The notes beneath the pieces were generated by a model. The model saw only the letters and a list, made by a program, of their open reading frames with translations, did no database searches and was not told the origin of the DNA. Below are positions 9,514 to 19,542 of a DNA stretch of 64,000 nucleotides, in pieces. Each line of letters starts with the position of its first letter. Within the stretch, counting starts at the first letter, position 1. Position numbers and translations under genes: made by a program. This DNA comes from a virus. Lineage: Duplodnaviria > Caudoviricetes. The stretch is taken from the IMG/VR virus record IMGVR_UViG_3300028048_000042; one strand, 5' to 3'.

Positions 9514-9876
9514 ATGGCATATACATATCCATTTATGTGCACAACTATTTCTGCAAAAGCAGAATATTTTGCAAGGTCTGTTGAAACACAATCAATATTT
9601 AATGAATTTAAAGTATTGAAAAAAGAAAAAAAATATAAGGTTCAAAATTTTTGTGGATATAGGATTATAGAAGTTGACCCATATTTTTCACTCTTTATAA
9701 AAAAAGACAAAACAATTTGCGGATTTTTATCCAATTATGCAGATAATCCGTTTATGTATAACATTAAATTTACTCACAAAACAAATTTTATATATGACAA
9801 TTTTACAAAAGCTAAATATAAACCTAAAGAAAAAGAGTTTATTAAACATTTGTGTGCAAGATTGAAAGGTATATGA
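9514..9876 (+). CDS. RxxG-phi family protein
   Basis: ends LCARLKGI*. Confidence 0.8.
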   Translation: MAYTYPFMCTTISAKAEYFARSVETQSIFNEFKVLKKEKKYKVQNFCGYRIIEVDPYFSLFIKKDKTICGFLSNYADNPFMYNIKFTHKTNFIYDNFTKAKYKPKEKEFIKHLCARLKGI

Positions 9877-9877
9877 A

Positions 9878-10249
9878 ATGGTTAATATAACAGAAGGACT
9901 CAATCGAATAAATAGTTGTAAATATAATTTTTTCTTTAATGGCTTGAAAATTTCCCAACAAAAAAATGGTATTGTTATTGTTCGAAATTTCAATCCATTA
10001 AGTATTAGAAATAATTGTTCTTGGCATGACCAATCGCCATACATCTATACAAGTTTTTTTCTTGAAAAAGATGGAATTTTTAGTTATAACGACCATATAA
10101 GAGACAGGCAAGTAAAAATAAACTTATTTGGATATAAACAAAAATGGTGGAATAAATATTGGTTTTCATTCGAGTTGAATTTTACATTTTTCGAAAGCAC
10201 AATGGTTTATTTTGCAAAAAAATTGTATAGCCGTTTATATGGAGTGTAA
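9878..10249 (+). CDS. RxxG-phi family protein
   Basis: ends LYSRLYGV*. Confidence 0.8.
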   Translation: MVNITEGLNRINSCKYNFFFNGLKISQQKNGIVIVRNFNPLSIRNNCSWHDQSPYIYTSFFLEKDGIFSYNDHIRDRQVKINLFGYKQKWWNKYWFSFELNFTFFESTMVYFAKKLYSRLYGV

Positions 10250-10252
10250 AAT

Positions 10253-10519
10253 ATGCGTATTTCTACAACAAAAATTTTTAACAACCTTTGTCGAGTTTTT
10301 GCTTATGGAGAATCAGACAATTACATATTTACTTTTGATTTAGACGATAGTGATTTTTGCGAAATAATTATTAACAATTATAAAATTACAATTGCAAGAG
10401 AAGATGGAATGAACAGTTATATTGCTTGGAATGAAATTAAGAATTTAACAAATTTCTATCCCATATCTCATATTAAGAAAGAACCTCGAATTATGTTTTC
10501 TAGGTGCTTTGGAGTCTGA
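10253..10519 (+). CDS. RxxG-phi family protein
   Basis: ends MFSRCFGV*. Confidence 0.8.
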   Translation: MRISTTKIFNNLCRVFAYGESDNYIFTFDLDDSDFCEIIINNYKITIAREDGMNSYIAWNEIKNLTNFYPISHIKKEPRIMFSRCFGV

Positions 10520-10538
10520 TTTTTCAGGCTCTTTTTTG

Positions 10539-10567
10539 TTGACAAAAGTTGCAAAATCGTATAAAAT
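10539..10567 (+). promoter_or_regulatory. sigma-A-like promoter, preceded by terminator hairpin 10512-10537
   Basis: TTGACA-17-TAAAAT. Confidence 0.65.
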
Positions 10568-10594
10568 AAAAGTAATGAATAGGAGGTAATTAAA

Positions 10595-10864
10595 ATGATA
10601 GAAAGTGTATTTATAGATATGCCACATATATACTTGAAAAAAGACGCTTTTTATTTTGGTAAGACAAACATTAGAAAGCTTGGCGTGCGCATCTCGCTTG
10701 AAGATTATGCTAATTTCTATGTATCAAGGTGGAGAATGTTTCGTGGTGAACAGTATTCTCGTAATAATGGTTTGGTTTTCGAAACATTGTATAATCAAAT
10801 TGGTGAATATTACCAATACACTAAGGAAGCAAAAATTTTAATGGGAAGGTTGGCAGGTATATGA
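10595..10864 (+). CDS. RxxG-phi family protein
   Basis: ends LMGRLAGI*. Confidence 0.8.
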   Translation: MIESVFIDMPHIYLKKDAFYFGKTNIRKLGVRISLEDYANFYVSRWRMFRGEQYSRNNGLVFETLYNQIGEYYQYTKEAKILMGRLAGI

Positions 10865-10867
10865 TAA

Positions 10868-11048
10868 TTGACATCCTCCTCCACCTTTTTAAGTGGGGGA
10901 TTCCTACTTCTCAGACCGTAGCGTATGTGATTTCATCACATGAGGTATGGCGTAGCCATACCTTTTTACGTCTTACACAATCTCCATAGGCTTTCCGTAC
11001 CTTCGGTACGCTGATTCCGCAAGCCCTGCGGTACAGTTTTTGTATGGT
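10868..11048 (-). ncRNA. TnpB omegaRNA scaffold / IS200-IS605 right end (copy 1)
   Basis: conserved with 19367-19540 including compensatory stem changes; subterminal hairpin, ends ...ggatgTCAA. Confidence 0.8.
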
Positions 11049-12161
11049 TTAGGCTACTTTCAGTAGCCTTTTTCCTTCTTTTAAGATATTTATGCTTGCA
11101 TTTATGTCTCGGTCATGCGTAGCATGACATTTCGGACATTCCCATTCTCTGATTGACAAATCTTTTACTTTTGGATTTTTATATCCACAATTTGAACAAG
11201 TTTGAGAACTAGCAAAGAAGGTATCTACCTTCACTACTTGGCAATTGCATTGCCATTTTGCTTTGTATTCAAGCATAGTTATGAATTTATACCATGAACA
11301 ATCTTGAATGGATTTAGCTAATTTATGATTTTTTACCATATTTTTAATTTTTAAACTCTCAATAGCTATGACTTGGTTTTCATCTACTAGCTTTCTTGAA
11401 AGTTTATGAAAAAAATCATTTTTAAAATTGGTAATTTTTTCATATTGAATAGCTAATTTAATTCTTCTTTTTTCATGGTTTTTAGATTTAGGCATTGTTC
11501 TTGAAAATTGTTTTTGTAATCTTTTTAATTTCTTTTCAAGTTTTTCAATGTGCTCTGTGTCCATGTGGTACTTCGTACCATTTGATGTAATAGCAAAATC
11601 TTTAATACCCAAATCAATACCAACTTCGTTGGCTTGTGATGTACCAAAAACATCTTGTTCCTCTACAAGAAGTGAAACAAAATACTTATTTGATGGTGTC
11701 TTTGACACCGTAGCATTTTTGATTATTCCATTGAAAAATCTGCTTTGTTTTACTTTTACAAGAGTTTTTAGTTTAGGCAAGCGTAGCTTGCCATTCTCAA
11801 CGGCTACTGTTCCATTCTGATTTAGTGTTCTGTAAGAATTTTTCCTATGCTTATTGTGAAATCTTGGATATTTAGCTTTTTTCTTAAAGAAACGTTGAAA
11901 AGCTGAATCAAGGTCACGAAGTGACTGTTGCAATGCGATAGAATCGCTCTTTTTCAGCCATTCGTATTCTTGATATTTTTTCAAATCAGTGATATGTTTT
12001 GATAATTCTTTCATAGAAATAGTTTTTTGTTCATTTTTCCAAAGGGCTTTTTTAAGACCCAAACAATGATTATAAACAAATCTACAATTCCCAATGTTTT
12101 GGTCAAAAAATTGTTTTTGATTTTCATTAGGATATAATCTAAATTTGTATGCTTTTAGCAT
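11049..12161 (-). CDS. tnpB: IS200/IS605-family RNA-guided endonuclease TnpB (copy 1)
   Basis: [12 protein letters not shown] start; RuvC GIDLG / IESL / DRDINA intact; CxxC..CxxC zinc ribbon. Confidence 0.95.
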   Translation of the reverse strand: MLKAYKFRLYPNENQKQFFDQNIGNCRFVYNHCLGLKKALWKNEQKTISMKELSKHITDLKKYQEYEWLKKSDSIALQQSLRDLDSAFQRFFKKKAKYPRFHNKHRKNSYRTLNQNGTVAVENGKLRLPKLKTLVKVKQSRFFNGIIKNATVSKTPSNKYFVSLLVEEQDVFGTSQANEVGIDLGIKDFAITSNGTKYHMDTEHIEKLEKKLKRLQKQFSRTMPKSKNHEKRRIKLAIQYEKITNFKNDFFHKLSRKLVDENQVIAIESLKIKNMVKNHKLAKSIQDCSWYKFITMLEYKAKWQCNCQVVKVDTFFASSQTCSNCGYKNPKVKDLSIREWECPKCHATHDRDINASINILKEGKRLLKVA

Positions 12162-12186
12162 TTTATTTCACCTCCTTTAAAGGATA

Positions 12187-12245
12187 TTGACAAATTAAAA
12201 TATTTGTGTTAATATTAGTATATACCTAAAAGAGAAAAATGTCAA
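12187..12245. promoter_or_regulatory. interdigitated divergent promoters
   Basis: plus: TTGACA(12187)-17-TAATAT; minus: TTGACA(12245-12240)-17-TATACT facing tnpB. Confidence 0.65.
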
Positions 12246-12265
12246 AAAGTGGAGGGGGTCTTTAT

Positions 12266-12526
12266 ATGATAAATAAAAAATTTAAATTTTACCATAGTTT
12301 TCTTAACAAACGCCAAAATTCATTTACAGTTACAGTATACACCCATATTGGTGAGCCAAATATAAAAGAGGAAGTATATACTATAACTTGCTTCGACCAT
12401 GAAGCTATAGCAATTTCAAAGAATTACAAAAACACAATGTATTACAACACAAAACATTTCATTCTTAATAAAAAACTTCCACAAAGAGAAACATCACTGC
12501 TAATTAGTAGAATGTTTGGAGTTTAA
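12266..12526 (+). CDS. RxxG-phi family protein
   Basis: ends LISRMFGV*; start after GGAGG. Confidence 0.8.
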   Translation: MINKKFKFYHSFLNKRQNSFTVTVYTHIGEPNIKEEVYTITCFDHEAIAISKNYKNTMYYNTKHFILNKKLPQRETSLLISRMFGV

Positions 12527-12527
12527 T

Positions 12528-12772
12528 ATGGCTACTAGAAAATACATTTTTAGTATAACACGTACAGTTTTTCGCAACGAAGTTAGAACGATTGATGAAT
12601 TCTTTCACATTCATATTAACACATATAGACAGACAGCAACAATGACAGATTATGATTATGATATATTCCAAAGATATGACTTAAAAAGAGGGAAACGAAT
12701 GGTTGTAGAAGGTGTAGATAGAGAAATCCCCCTTTTTGCAAAAAACTAATATCAAGAGCGAACGGAGTATAA
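12528..12772 (+). pseudogene. frameshifted RxxG-phi family gene
   Basis: frame 0 stops at 12749 (FAKN*); the -1 frame continues KKLISRANGV* to 12772 across an A6 run. Confidence 0.75.
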
Positions 12773-12824
12773 AACAAATAAGATATATATAACACTTGAC
12801 ACAAGTAGAACGGTAGGGGGAAAC

Positions 12825-13094
12825 ATGAAACAACTTAATGTATATAGAAACGATGAATTAGTTAATTTTTTTGCTGTGGGTTTTCGTCAGAACTATTGGA
12901 TTACAATATATTTCCCACTAACGATACAACATTATCTTTTTAGAATTTCTGTAACGCAAACGCATTGTTCTCGTAAATCAACTGTTAAATTTTTCTTTTC
13001 TTATCATACTCAACAAGATTACGATAAAATTTTCGGTTCAGATATAGAAAAAAAACAAATCATGCTCAATATAAGCAGAATGGTTGGTGTATAA
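12825..13094 (+). CDS. RxxG-phi family protein
   Basis: ends NISRMVGV*. Confidence 0.8.
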   Translation: MKQLNVYRNDELVNFFAVGFRQNYWITIYFPLTIQHYLFRISVTQTHCSRKSTVKFFFSYHTQQDYDKIFGSDIEKKQIMLNISRMVGV

Positions 13095-13100
13095 TAAGCA

Positions 13101-13388
13101 ATGGAGAAAAACAAAATAAAATTTGTAAGCAAATTGGGGAAAGAAAACAATCTCAGTTATTGTACAAACAATGGAATTGATAATAATCTATTTTGCACAT
13201 ATTACACTACAATTTTGTTCAATGGTATTGATTTACCAATCGTTGATTTAAGTTATAGAGATGAAATAAATCATTTTATAGATTTTTCACCATATAATAA
13301 AGAATGTTCTTCTGATGATTATGAAAACATTCTTGATGGAAAATATAAAAAAATACGAATTATCTTTTGTCGCCTGATGGGAGTATAG
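13101..13388 (+). CDS. RxxG-phi family protein
   Basis: ends IFCRLMGV*. Confidence 0.8.
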   Translation: MEKNKIKFVSKLGKENNLSYCTNNGIDNNLFCTYYTTILFNGIDLPIVDLSYRDEINHFIDFSPYNKECSSDDYENILDGKYKKIRIIFCRLMGV

Positions 13389-13679
13389 ATGAATTATACA
13401 TTTAATTTTAAAAATAACAATTGTGTTGAATTTTTTTGTAAAGATGATATTGAACATTACGAACGTTATTACTGTTGGTTCTATATCTTAGAGCCAAAAC
13501 TTAAAACCGAAAAATGGAACTTCATGTTATCCTTTTTTATCCGAGATGGAGGAATGAAACATGAATTTTTTAACTCTGACAGTGAAAAAGATGATTATGT
13601 AACAAACTTGAAGTGCCATTTTGACACCTCAAATATAAAAAAAATAATGATACTTATTGGTCGTGCAATAGGCATTTAA
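13389..13679 (+). CDS. RxxG-phi family protein
   Basis: ends LIGRAIGI*. Confidence 0.8.
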   Translation: MNYTFNFKNNNCVEFFCKDDIEHYERYYCWFYILEPKLKTEKWNFMLSFFIRDGGMKHEFFNSDSEKDDYVTNLKCHFDTSNIKKIMILIGRAIGI

Positions 13680-13686
13680 AAAAATG

Positions 13687-13715
13687 TTGACAAATTATGC
13701 TTTTTCTGATACAAT
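13687..13715 (+). promoter_or_regulatory. sigma-A-like promoter
   Basis: TTGACA-17-TACAAT with TG. Confidence 0.7.
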
Positions 13716-13729
13716 AAAGGAGAAATAAG

Positions 13730-14026
13730 ATGTATAACAATTACAAAAAAACGTTTAGCAGTGAATATAGCGATTATAATTCAATTGTTTTTACGATTAA
13801 AATCATACATCCTGTAAGTTGTGAAAAAATAGGAGAATTTAGCATAGATATTTCTCTTTACAAAAATTCCTGTTGGACATATATCACTGAATCAAAAGAA
13901 ATTCCCCTCACGGAAGATTTGCAAGGAGAAGTACAAAAATATGAATTTTGGAATGATAAATCTTTTGCAGAACATTTAATGTCTAGCGGTTGGAAAAATG
14001 AAGCGTTGAGATTAATAGGAGTGTAA
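13730..14026 (+). CDS. RxxG-phi family protein
   Basis: ends EALRLIGV*. Confidence 0.8.
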   Translation: MYNNYKKTFSSEYSDYNSIVFTIKIIHPVSCEKIGEFSIDISLYKNSCWTYITESKEIPLTEDLQGEVQKYEFWNDKSFAEHLMSSGWKNEALRLIGV

Positions 14027-14031
14027 AAAAA

Positions 14032-14292
14032 ATGAAAGTGTATTTTGCGAATTTCAAAATATCTCGATACAGAGAGTTTGTGTCAAATGTGATTATTTGC
14101 AATAAATTTAACATTTATACTTATCACATGCCCATGAGTTGTACACTATCTATCCTACCAATAGATAAAACAGCCGTTCAAGATTCTGCAACTGTAACAA
14201 ATAAGTATGGTAGAGAATGTTGGATTCATTATGAAAATTCATTGGAAGATAAGGAATTGAGAAAAGTTTTTGAGAGGATGTTTGGAATATAA
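14032..14292 (+). CDS. RxxG-phi family protein
   Basis: ends VFERMFGI*. Confidence 0.8.
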   Translation: MKVYFANFKISRYREFVSNVIICNKFNIYTYHMPMSCTLSILPIDKTAVQDSATVTNKYGRECWIHYENSLEDKELRKVFERMFGI

Positions 14293-14573
14293 TGTTAGAT
14301 TTGAAAGTAAAATTCTCTGAAATACATTATAACAAAACAGGCATACCTTCATGTTCAATTCCTATAACCATATACTATAAAGAAGGACAAATGGACATGC
14401 TTTTTTTTCTCAATGGTAAATGGTTGCTTTTTGAAAAATTTGATGAAAATGGAAATGTTTTCCCCTTAACAAAGACGATTGAATATTTAGATGTAAAAAA
14501 GGAATTCGATAAAGAAAATTTACCGTTACACAAAGAGATTTTTTTTATACTTAATAGGAGTGTTGGAATATGA
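14292..14573 (+). CDS. RxxG-phi family protein
   Basis: ends ILNRSVGI*. Confidence 0.8.
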   Translation: MLDLKVKFSEIHYNKTGIPSCSIPITIYYKEGQMDMLFFLNGKWLLFEKFDENGNVFPLTKTIEYLDVKKEFDKENLPLHKEIFFILNRSVGI

Positions 14574-14803
14574 CACATTGTATAATGTTTCCTTCGACCA
14601 TACATTGTAGCGCACTTAGAATCTATACAACTTTCTTCCACAATGGCAAAAAATATAAAAGTTATGATACTTATACAAATAGTTTTTTTAATTACCAACC
14701 AAAAATTGAAAGTGTTGGGTTGCTTTCTGATACTTATTCAATTCAAAATTTTCATTTGATTCCTGAGTTATCCAAAATCTATTCAAGAATACATGGAGTA
14801 TAA
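14570..14803 (+). CDS. RxxG-phi family protein
   Basis: ends IYSRIHGV*. Confidence 0.8.
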   Translation: MTHCIMFPSTIHCSALRIYTTFFHNGKKYKSYDTYTNSFFNYQPKIESVGLLSDTYSIQNFHLIPELSKIYSRIHGV

Positions 14804-14804
14804 A

Positions 14805-15053
14805 ATGTTTAAAATAAAATTTTGTGAAACAAAAAACAATCCTAATAGTCCAAAGCGTAAGTTTATATCTGCCAAATTATATCGCAATGATTATTTGCAA
14901 GAAATAAGAATAAATTATCAATTTAGAAAATCGCATTATTCAAAAGTACGATTTGTAACAAAATATAATGGTAAAAAGACAGAAACGTGGGAATCACAAT
15001 TGATGCACAACCTTTTTCAAAAGAAAATTATTGCAAGAATGTTGGGGGTGTAA
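14805..15053 (+). CDS. RxxG-phi family protein
   Basis: ends IIARMLGV*. Confidence 0.8.
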   Translation: MFKIKFCETKNNPNSPKRKFISAKLYRNDYLQEIRINYQFRKSHYSKVRFVTKYNGKKTETWESQLMHNLFQKKIIARMLGV

Positions 15054-15055
15054 AT

Positions 15056-15370
15056 GTGATAACAATACCGTTACCTAAACCAATTTCCCCTATCTCTGCG
15101 GTTGGTGGAGCATGTATAAGATACCTAAAGTTGGGAAAACCTCTTTACTTTAAGATATATTCTCCCATAGATTTTAAAGTAGATACATTACACATTCATA
15201 CTATTGGAATTGTTTTTCGTTTAAAAAATAACAAACTTGTATATGATTTGTGTGTTTTTGAAAATTATAATGTGTCAGAGAAAGATTTTTTGTATTACAG
15301 TAAGACTATATTGGAATACAAAAAGAAAAAGTTCGTTAATCATTTAATTCAAAGATTAGTTGGCATCTAA
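15056..15370 (+). CDS. RxxG-phi family protein
   Basis: ends LIQRLVGI*; GTG start inferred. Confidence 0.75.
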   Translation: MITIPLPKPISPISAVGGACIRYLKLGKPLYFKIYSPIDFKVDTLHIHTIGIVFRLKNNKLVYDLCVFENYNVSEKDFLYYSKTILEYKKKKFVNHLIQRLVGI

Positions 15371-15427
15371 TCCAATTTAGATGTAAAATTACAACTAACA
15401 GAATGTTTAAATTGAGGGAAATATAAA

Positions 15428-15817
15428 ATGTTTAATTTTTTTAGAAAGATATTTAAGAAAAAGCAAAAATATATTTTTTCAAAGCCAAACATTGATATAA
15501 TTGATAGAGGTGGCAATAATATTGTCACCTTTAGCTATCACATAGGGCAAGCAATTTCAAACAGTAACATTAACCGAAATGTTTTTTTGTCAACTACTAT
15601 TGTGAATGATACAAAACATATATCTGAAATAGCTAATAAAGATTATCTTTACCACCAAGCTCTTAAAAATTTGAACCTTGAATGGTTCTCATATGAAAAA
15701 GTTGACTCTATTATTGGAGTGGAAAACGATACAAAGACAGACAGATATGCCTTTTGTGATTTCTGTAAAGCATACCCTCAATACAAAAATTTGTATTCTC
15801 GTTATTTTGGCGTATAA
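15428..15817 (+). CDS. RxxG-phi family protein
   Basis: ends LYSRYFGV*. Confidence 0.8.
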   Translation: MFNFFRKIFKKKQKYIFSKPNIDIIDRGGNNIVTFSYHIGQAISNSNINRNVFLSTTIVNDTKHISEIANKDYLYHQALKNLNLEWFSYEKVDSIIGVENDTKTDRYAFCDFCKAYPQYKNLYSRYFGV

Positions 15818-15831
15818 GGAGATATTTTGAA

Positions 15832-16146
15832 ATGGAAAAAAGACTTTTGGTATTTAAAACACTTGAAAATCAAAGTGTAGAGGTTCGTGTTACACATGGC
15901 AGTGGAATATTTTGTAAAGGTGGCGGTAGAGAAATATTAGATTTCGACATGACCGTTACACACTTCTATTGTAGTTGTTGGAAAATAGAAAACGAATACT
16001 GTATCAGTTTTGGTATGAATGATTTTTTTGCATTACAACGTGGCGATTTTGTCCATAGTGATTATAACAACATAATTCCACTAACAGCATTCAAAGCTAT
16101 GCCAAAATCCATAAAAAATTTACAACTTAGAATTTGGGGAGTCTAA
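15832..16146 (+). CDS. RxxG-phi family protein
   Basis: ends LQLRIWGV*. Confidence 0.8.
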   Translation: MEKRLLVFKTLENQSVEVRVTHGSGIFCKGGGREILDFDMTVTHFYCSCWKIENEYCISFGMNDFFALQRGDFVHSDYNNIIPLTAFKAMPKSIKNLQLRIWGV

Positions 16147-16162
16147 CTAAGTTTAAAAACTG

Positions 16163-16215
16163 TTGACAAAATAACAAAAATGAAGTACAATTATCAAAGA
16201 TAAATAATTGTACTT
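16163..16215 (+). promoter_or_regulatory. sigma-A-like promoter with a 12-bp inverted repeat over the -10
   Basis: TTGACA-17-TACAAT; aagtacaattat / ataattgtactt. Confidence 0.65.
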
Positions 16216-16303
16216 TTTTAAATGTTAGTGAAGATTCATCTGTAAAAGTGGGAGAATGTCACCTAAAATACCAATTGTAATTAAAATTGTAGGAGTATAA
16301 AAA

Positions 16304-16564
16304 ATGTTAAAAGCTAAATATTACTTTTCTCAAACATATCAAGCACTTGTCATTGATGATATAACTTACACATCATCAGGCTCTTTTTCTAATCAACTTC
16401 TATCTATGATGATTAATTTTGAACAAATTAATTTTCGCTATAAAGAAATGTTTTCTGATAGTTGTAAAATCAACTCTAATTTTGAAGATTTAAAAAAATT
16501 ACGTTTTACAAAAAACGAAAAAAGACTTATTTTGCGAAGCATTAGTAGGTTAAAAGGCGTTTAA
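16304..16564 (+). CDS. RxxG-phi family protein
   Basis: ends SISRLKGV*. Confidence 0.8.
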   Translation: MLKAKYYFSQTYQALVIDDITYTSSGSFSNQLLSMMINFEQINFRYKEMFSDSCKINSNFEDLKKLRFTKNEKRLILRSISRLKGV

Positions 16565-16565
16565 A

Positions 16566-16844
16566 ATGGAAAATAAGGCTAAATATGATAAATGGCAATT
16601 TTGGGACAATAAAATTGCTTATCCTCCAAACATAATTGGAGATTCACCTATAAAAAATATGATGGTTAGAAACACACAAGATAAACAAAGCTTATTTTGT
16701 CATATAACATTTTCCAAACCATTAGAAACAACATTTGCCTTTATCAATAACAATAAAATAAAAAGTTACAATAATAATGATTTGGTAATGATGAAAGAAA
16801 ACAAAAAATTTGCACTGCTGATTGCACGAACTGTGGGGATGTAA
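16566..16844 (+). CDS. RxxG-phi family protein
   Basis: ends LIARTVGM*. Confidence 0.8.
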   Translation: MENKAKYDKWQFWDNKIAYPPNIIGDSPIKNMMVRNTQDKQSLFCHITFSKPLETTFAFINNNKIKSYNNNDLVMMKENKKFALLIARTVGM

Positions 16845-16847
16845 AAA

Positions 16848-17189
16848 ATGAAACGAGCACAATTAACAAAAGAGGAAGTTAAAGAATTAACAAATAATCA
16901 ACACAAAGTCTCATTTGAAACAAGAAGAGCAAATACAGGAAAAATAACGTATACTATATTTTCCGTTTTCTTCAATGAGAATAAAAATTTTCCAAAAATG
17001 CTTTTTAAATTTTTTTACACACAAAAAGATTTGCAAAATTTTATGTATGTTATTGCATTATATGACTTTAAGAATGAGAAAGAATATAATCTACAAGATT
17101 TGCAAAAAATTGGATTGGGAAGTAAAAGGTATTCACCCCTATTTTGTTCTGTTCTAAGAAAATATGTATTGAGAATTGATGGTGTGTAG
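16848..17189 (+). CDS. RxxG-phi family protein
   Basis: ends YVLRIDGV*. Confidence 0.8.
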   Translation: MKRAQLTKEEVKELTNNQHKVSFETRRANTGKITYTIFSVFFNENKNFPKMLFKFFYTQKDLQNFMYVIALYDFKNEKEYNLQDLQKIGLGSKRYSPLFCSVLRKYVLRIDGV

Positions 17190-17192
17190 ATA

Positions 17193-17239
17193 CATTGACA
17201 ACGATTGATATTTTTGATATAATTTAGTCGTTGTCAATG
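17193..17239 (+). promoter_or_regulatory. sigma-A-like promoter enclosed in a 12-bp inverted repeat
   Basis: TTGACA-17-TATAAT; cattgacaacga / tcgttgtcaatg. Confidence 0.7.
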
Positions 17240-17256
17240 CAAAGAGGTGATGCACT

Positions 17257-17529
17257 ATGATTTTCCGAAATGAAGTAAGAAAAGCAAACGTAGTAAGTAA
17301 CGATATGTACATACTGATTAACGAAGTATCAGAAGGAACAACAAGAATCGTATTGAAATTGTTGATAATGAACAACGATAATTATAAAAAAATTAGCTGT
17401 TCAAACAAATTGGTTGAAGTGTTTGGTGTAAGAAATAAAAGATATAAAATTATAGAAAATCACGATTTATCAGTAATGAAAAGACATAAAAGTTTTAGGA
17501 TTGTTTTTTCAAGAGTATATGGGGTGTAA
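17257..17529 (+). CDS. RxxG-phi family protein
   Basis: ends VFSRVYGV*. Confidence 0.8.
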   Translation: MIFRNEVRKANVVSNDMYILINEVSEGTTRIVLKLLIMNNDNYKKISCSNKLVEVFGVRNKRYKIIENHDLSVMKRHKSFRIVFSRVYGV

Positions 17530-17532
17530 GTT

Positions 17533-17799
17533 ATGAGTGTTACAACACTAACCTATTCAATAAAACCTTGTAAGTTTTTCAAAGAAATTAAATTTTCAAT
17601 ATTTGGTTGCAAAGCTTATGGTGTGAATTATAACAACGAGGAAACGTTGATTTTGTGTGCAACACAGGAATCATTGTTTCTTGAATGGTCGCCAAAAAAA
17701 AAGGATAAATTGGCTAAGAATTATCCACTGAACCATCAAGATTTAGAATATTTAAACCATAAATTTAGTGGATTTGTATCTCGAATAATAGGAGTTTAA
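17533..17799 (+). CDS. RxxG-phi family protein
   Basis: ends FVSRIIGV*. Confidence 0.8.
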   Translation: MSVTTLTYSIKPCKFFKEIKFSIFGCKAYGVNYNNEETLILCATQESLFLEWSPKKKDKLAKNYPLNHQDLEYLNHKFSGFVSRIIGV

Positions 17800-17801
17800 A
17801 A

Positions 17802-18182
17802 ATGCAAAATGTATTTACCATATGCGGTCAACCTACACATAATTCCAATTCGGTAACATGTTTCAATCCGCATTCTTTTTTGAAAGGGATTGGATTACCT
17901 TATAGTTTTTTAGGTTATAAAAAATGTTATTGTTATTTGAAAATTAGCTCTCCCTTTGTGACAACAGTTTTCGATAAACAAGGAGAAATAAGCGATTTTG
18001 ACTGTCATGGAATTGTTGCATCTATTAATGAGAATGGAAAATATGATTTCTTTTGTATTGATAGTTACACTAAACCAATTTGGGACGAAAGTGGAGAATG
18101 TTTCGGTTGTAGACCTGTCATTGATAATGTAGGTAGCCAAGAAAAATTCTCAAAACTTTTTCAAAGAATTGTAGGAGTATAA
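17802..18182 (+). CDS. RxxG-phi family protein
   Basis: ends LFQRIVGV*. Confidence 0.8.
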   Translation: MQNVFTICGQPTHNSNSVTCFNPHSFLKGIGLPYSFLGYKKCYCYLKISSPFVTTVFDKQGEISDFDCHGIVASINENGKYDFFCIDSYTKPIWDESGECFGCRPVIDNVGSQEKFSKLFQRIVGV

Positions 18183-18253
18183 AAAATGAAAATAACGTTT
18201 CCTGTAATTTTCCATAAATAATAATACAATTAAATCAAAGGAGGTGAAACAAA

Positions 18254-19366
18254 ATGCTGAAAGCATACAAATTTAGATTATATCCAACCGAAGAACAAAA
18301 ACAATTTTTCAATCAGTGCATTGGAAATGCACGTTTCGTTTACAATCATTGTTTAGGTCTTAAAAAAGACCTTTGGAAAAATGAACAAAAAACTATTTCC
18401 ACGAAAGAACTTTCAAAACATATCACTGATTTGAAAAAATATCAAGAATATGAATGGTTGAAAAAGAGCGATTCTATCGCTCTTCAACAGTCACTTCGTG
18501 ACCTTGATTTGGCGTTTCAAAGATTTTTCAAAAAACAAGCTAAATATCCAAGATTTCATAACAAACATAAGAAAAATTCTTATAGAACAATCAATCAGAA
18601 TAACAAAATACGTTTAGAAAATGGTAAGTTACACTTGCCTAAACTTAAAACGTTTGTAAAAATCAGACAAAGCAGATTTTTCAATGGAACAATCAAAAAT
18701 GCTACGGTATCAAAGACACCATCAAATAAGTATTTTGTTTCACTTCTTGTCGAAGAAGAAGATGTTTTTGGTGTTTCACAAGTCAACGAAGTTGGCATTG
18801 ATTTAGGTATTAAAGATTTTGCTATCTTGTCCAACGGTACGAAGTACCACATAGATACCAAGCATATTAAAAAACTTGAAAAGAAGTTAAAAAGATTACA
18901 AAAACAATTTTCAAGAACAATGCCTAAATCTCAAAACCATGAAAAAAGAAGAATTGAATTAGCTATTCAATATGAAAAAATTACCAATTTCAGAAATGAT
19001 TTCTTTCACAAACTTTCAAGAAAGCTAGTAGATGAAAACCAAGTCATAGCTATTGAGAGTTTAAAAATTAAAAATATGGTAAAAAATCATAAATTAGCTA
19101 AATCCATTCAAGATTGTTCATGGAACAAATTTATAACTATGCTTGAATACAAAGCAAAATGGCAATGCAATTGCCAAGTAGTGAAGGTAGATACCTTCTT
19201 TGCTAGTTCTCAAACTTGTTCAAATTGTGGATATAAAAATCCAAAAGTAAAAGATTTGTCAATCAGAGAATGGGAATGTCTGAAATGTCATGCTACGCAT
19301 GACCGAGACATAAATGCAAGCATAAATATCTTAAATGAAGGTAAAAGGCTACTTAACGTAGCCTAA
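18254..19366 (+). CDS. tnpB: IS200/IS605-family RNA-guided endonuclease TnpB (copy 2)
   Basis: same motifs as copy 1, RuvC D-E-D intact; about 90% aa identity to copy 1 by manual comparison. Confidence 0.95.
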   Translation: MLKAYKFRLYPTEEQKQFFNQCIGNARFVYNHCLGLKKDLWKNEQKTISTKELSKHITDLKKYQEYEWLKKSDSIALQQSLRDLDLAFQRFFKKQAKYPRFHNKHKKNSYRTINQNNKIRLENGKLHLPKLKTFVKIRQSRFFNGTIKNATVSKTPSNKYFVSLLVEEEDVFGVSQVNEVGIDLGIKDFAILSNGTKYHIDTKHIKKLEKKLKRLQKQFSRTMPKSQNHEKRRIELAIQYEKITNFRNDFFHKLSRKLVDENQVIAIESLKIKNMVKNHKLAKSIQDCSWNKFITMLEYKAKWQCNCQVVKVDTFFASSQTCSNCGYKNPKVKDLSIREWECLKCHATHDRDINASINILNEGKRLLNVA

Positions 19367-19540
19367 ACCATATAAAAAACTGTACCGCAGGGCTTGCGGA
19401 ATCAGTATAAAACTAAGCCTATGGAGATTGTGTAAGACGTAAAAAAGCATGGCTACGTCATGCCCTATGTGATGAAATCACATATGCTACGGTCTGAGAA
19501 GTAGGAATCCCCCACCTCTACAGGTGGGGGAGGATGTCAA
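19367..19540 (+). ncRNA. TnpB omegaRNA scaffold / right end (copy 2)
   Basis: hairpin ccccacct-ctac-aggtgggg then aggatgTCAA. Confidence 0.8.
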
Positions 19541-19542
19541 AT

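Larger units (their letters stand above)
10868..12180 (-). mobile_element. non-autonomous tnpB-only IS200/IS605 derivative
   Basis: tnpB plus right end; no tnpA and no recognisable left end. Confidence 0.75.
18237..19540 (+). mobile_element. non-autonomous tnpB-only IS200/IS605 derivative
   Basis: tnpB plus right end; similarity to copy 1 begins only at the RBS. Confidence 0.75.

Noticed and set aside
16304-16330. MLKA start shared with TnpB, suggesting a tnpB fragment
   Set aside because: Only four residues match and the rest is a normal array protein
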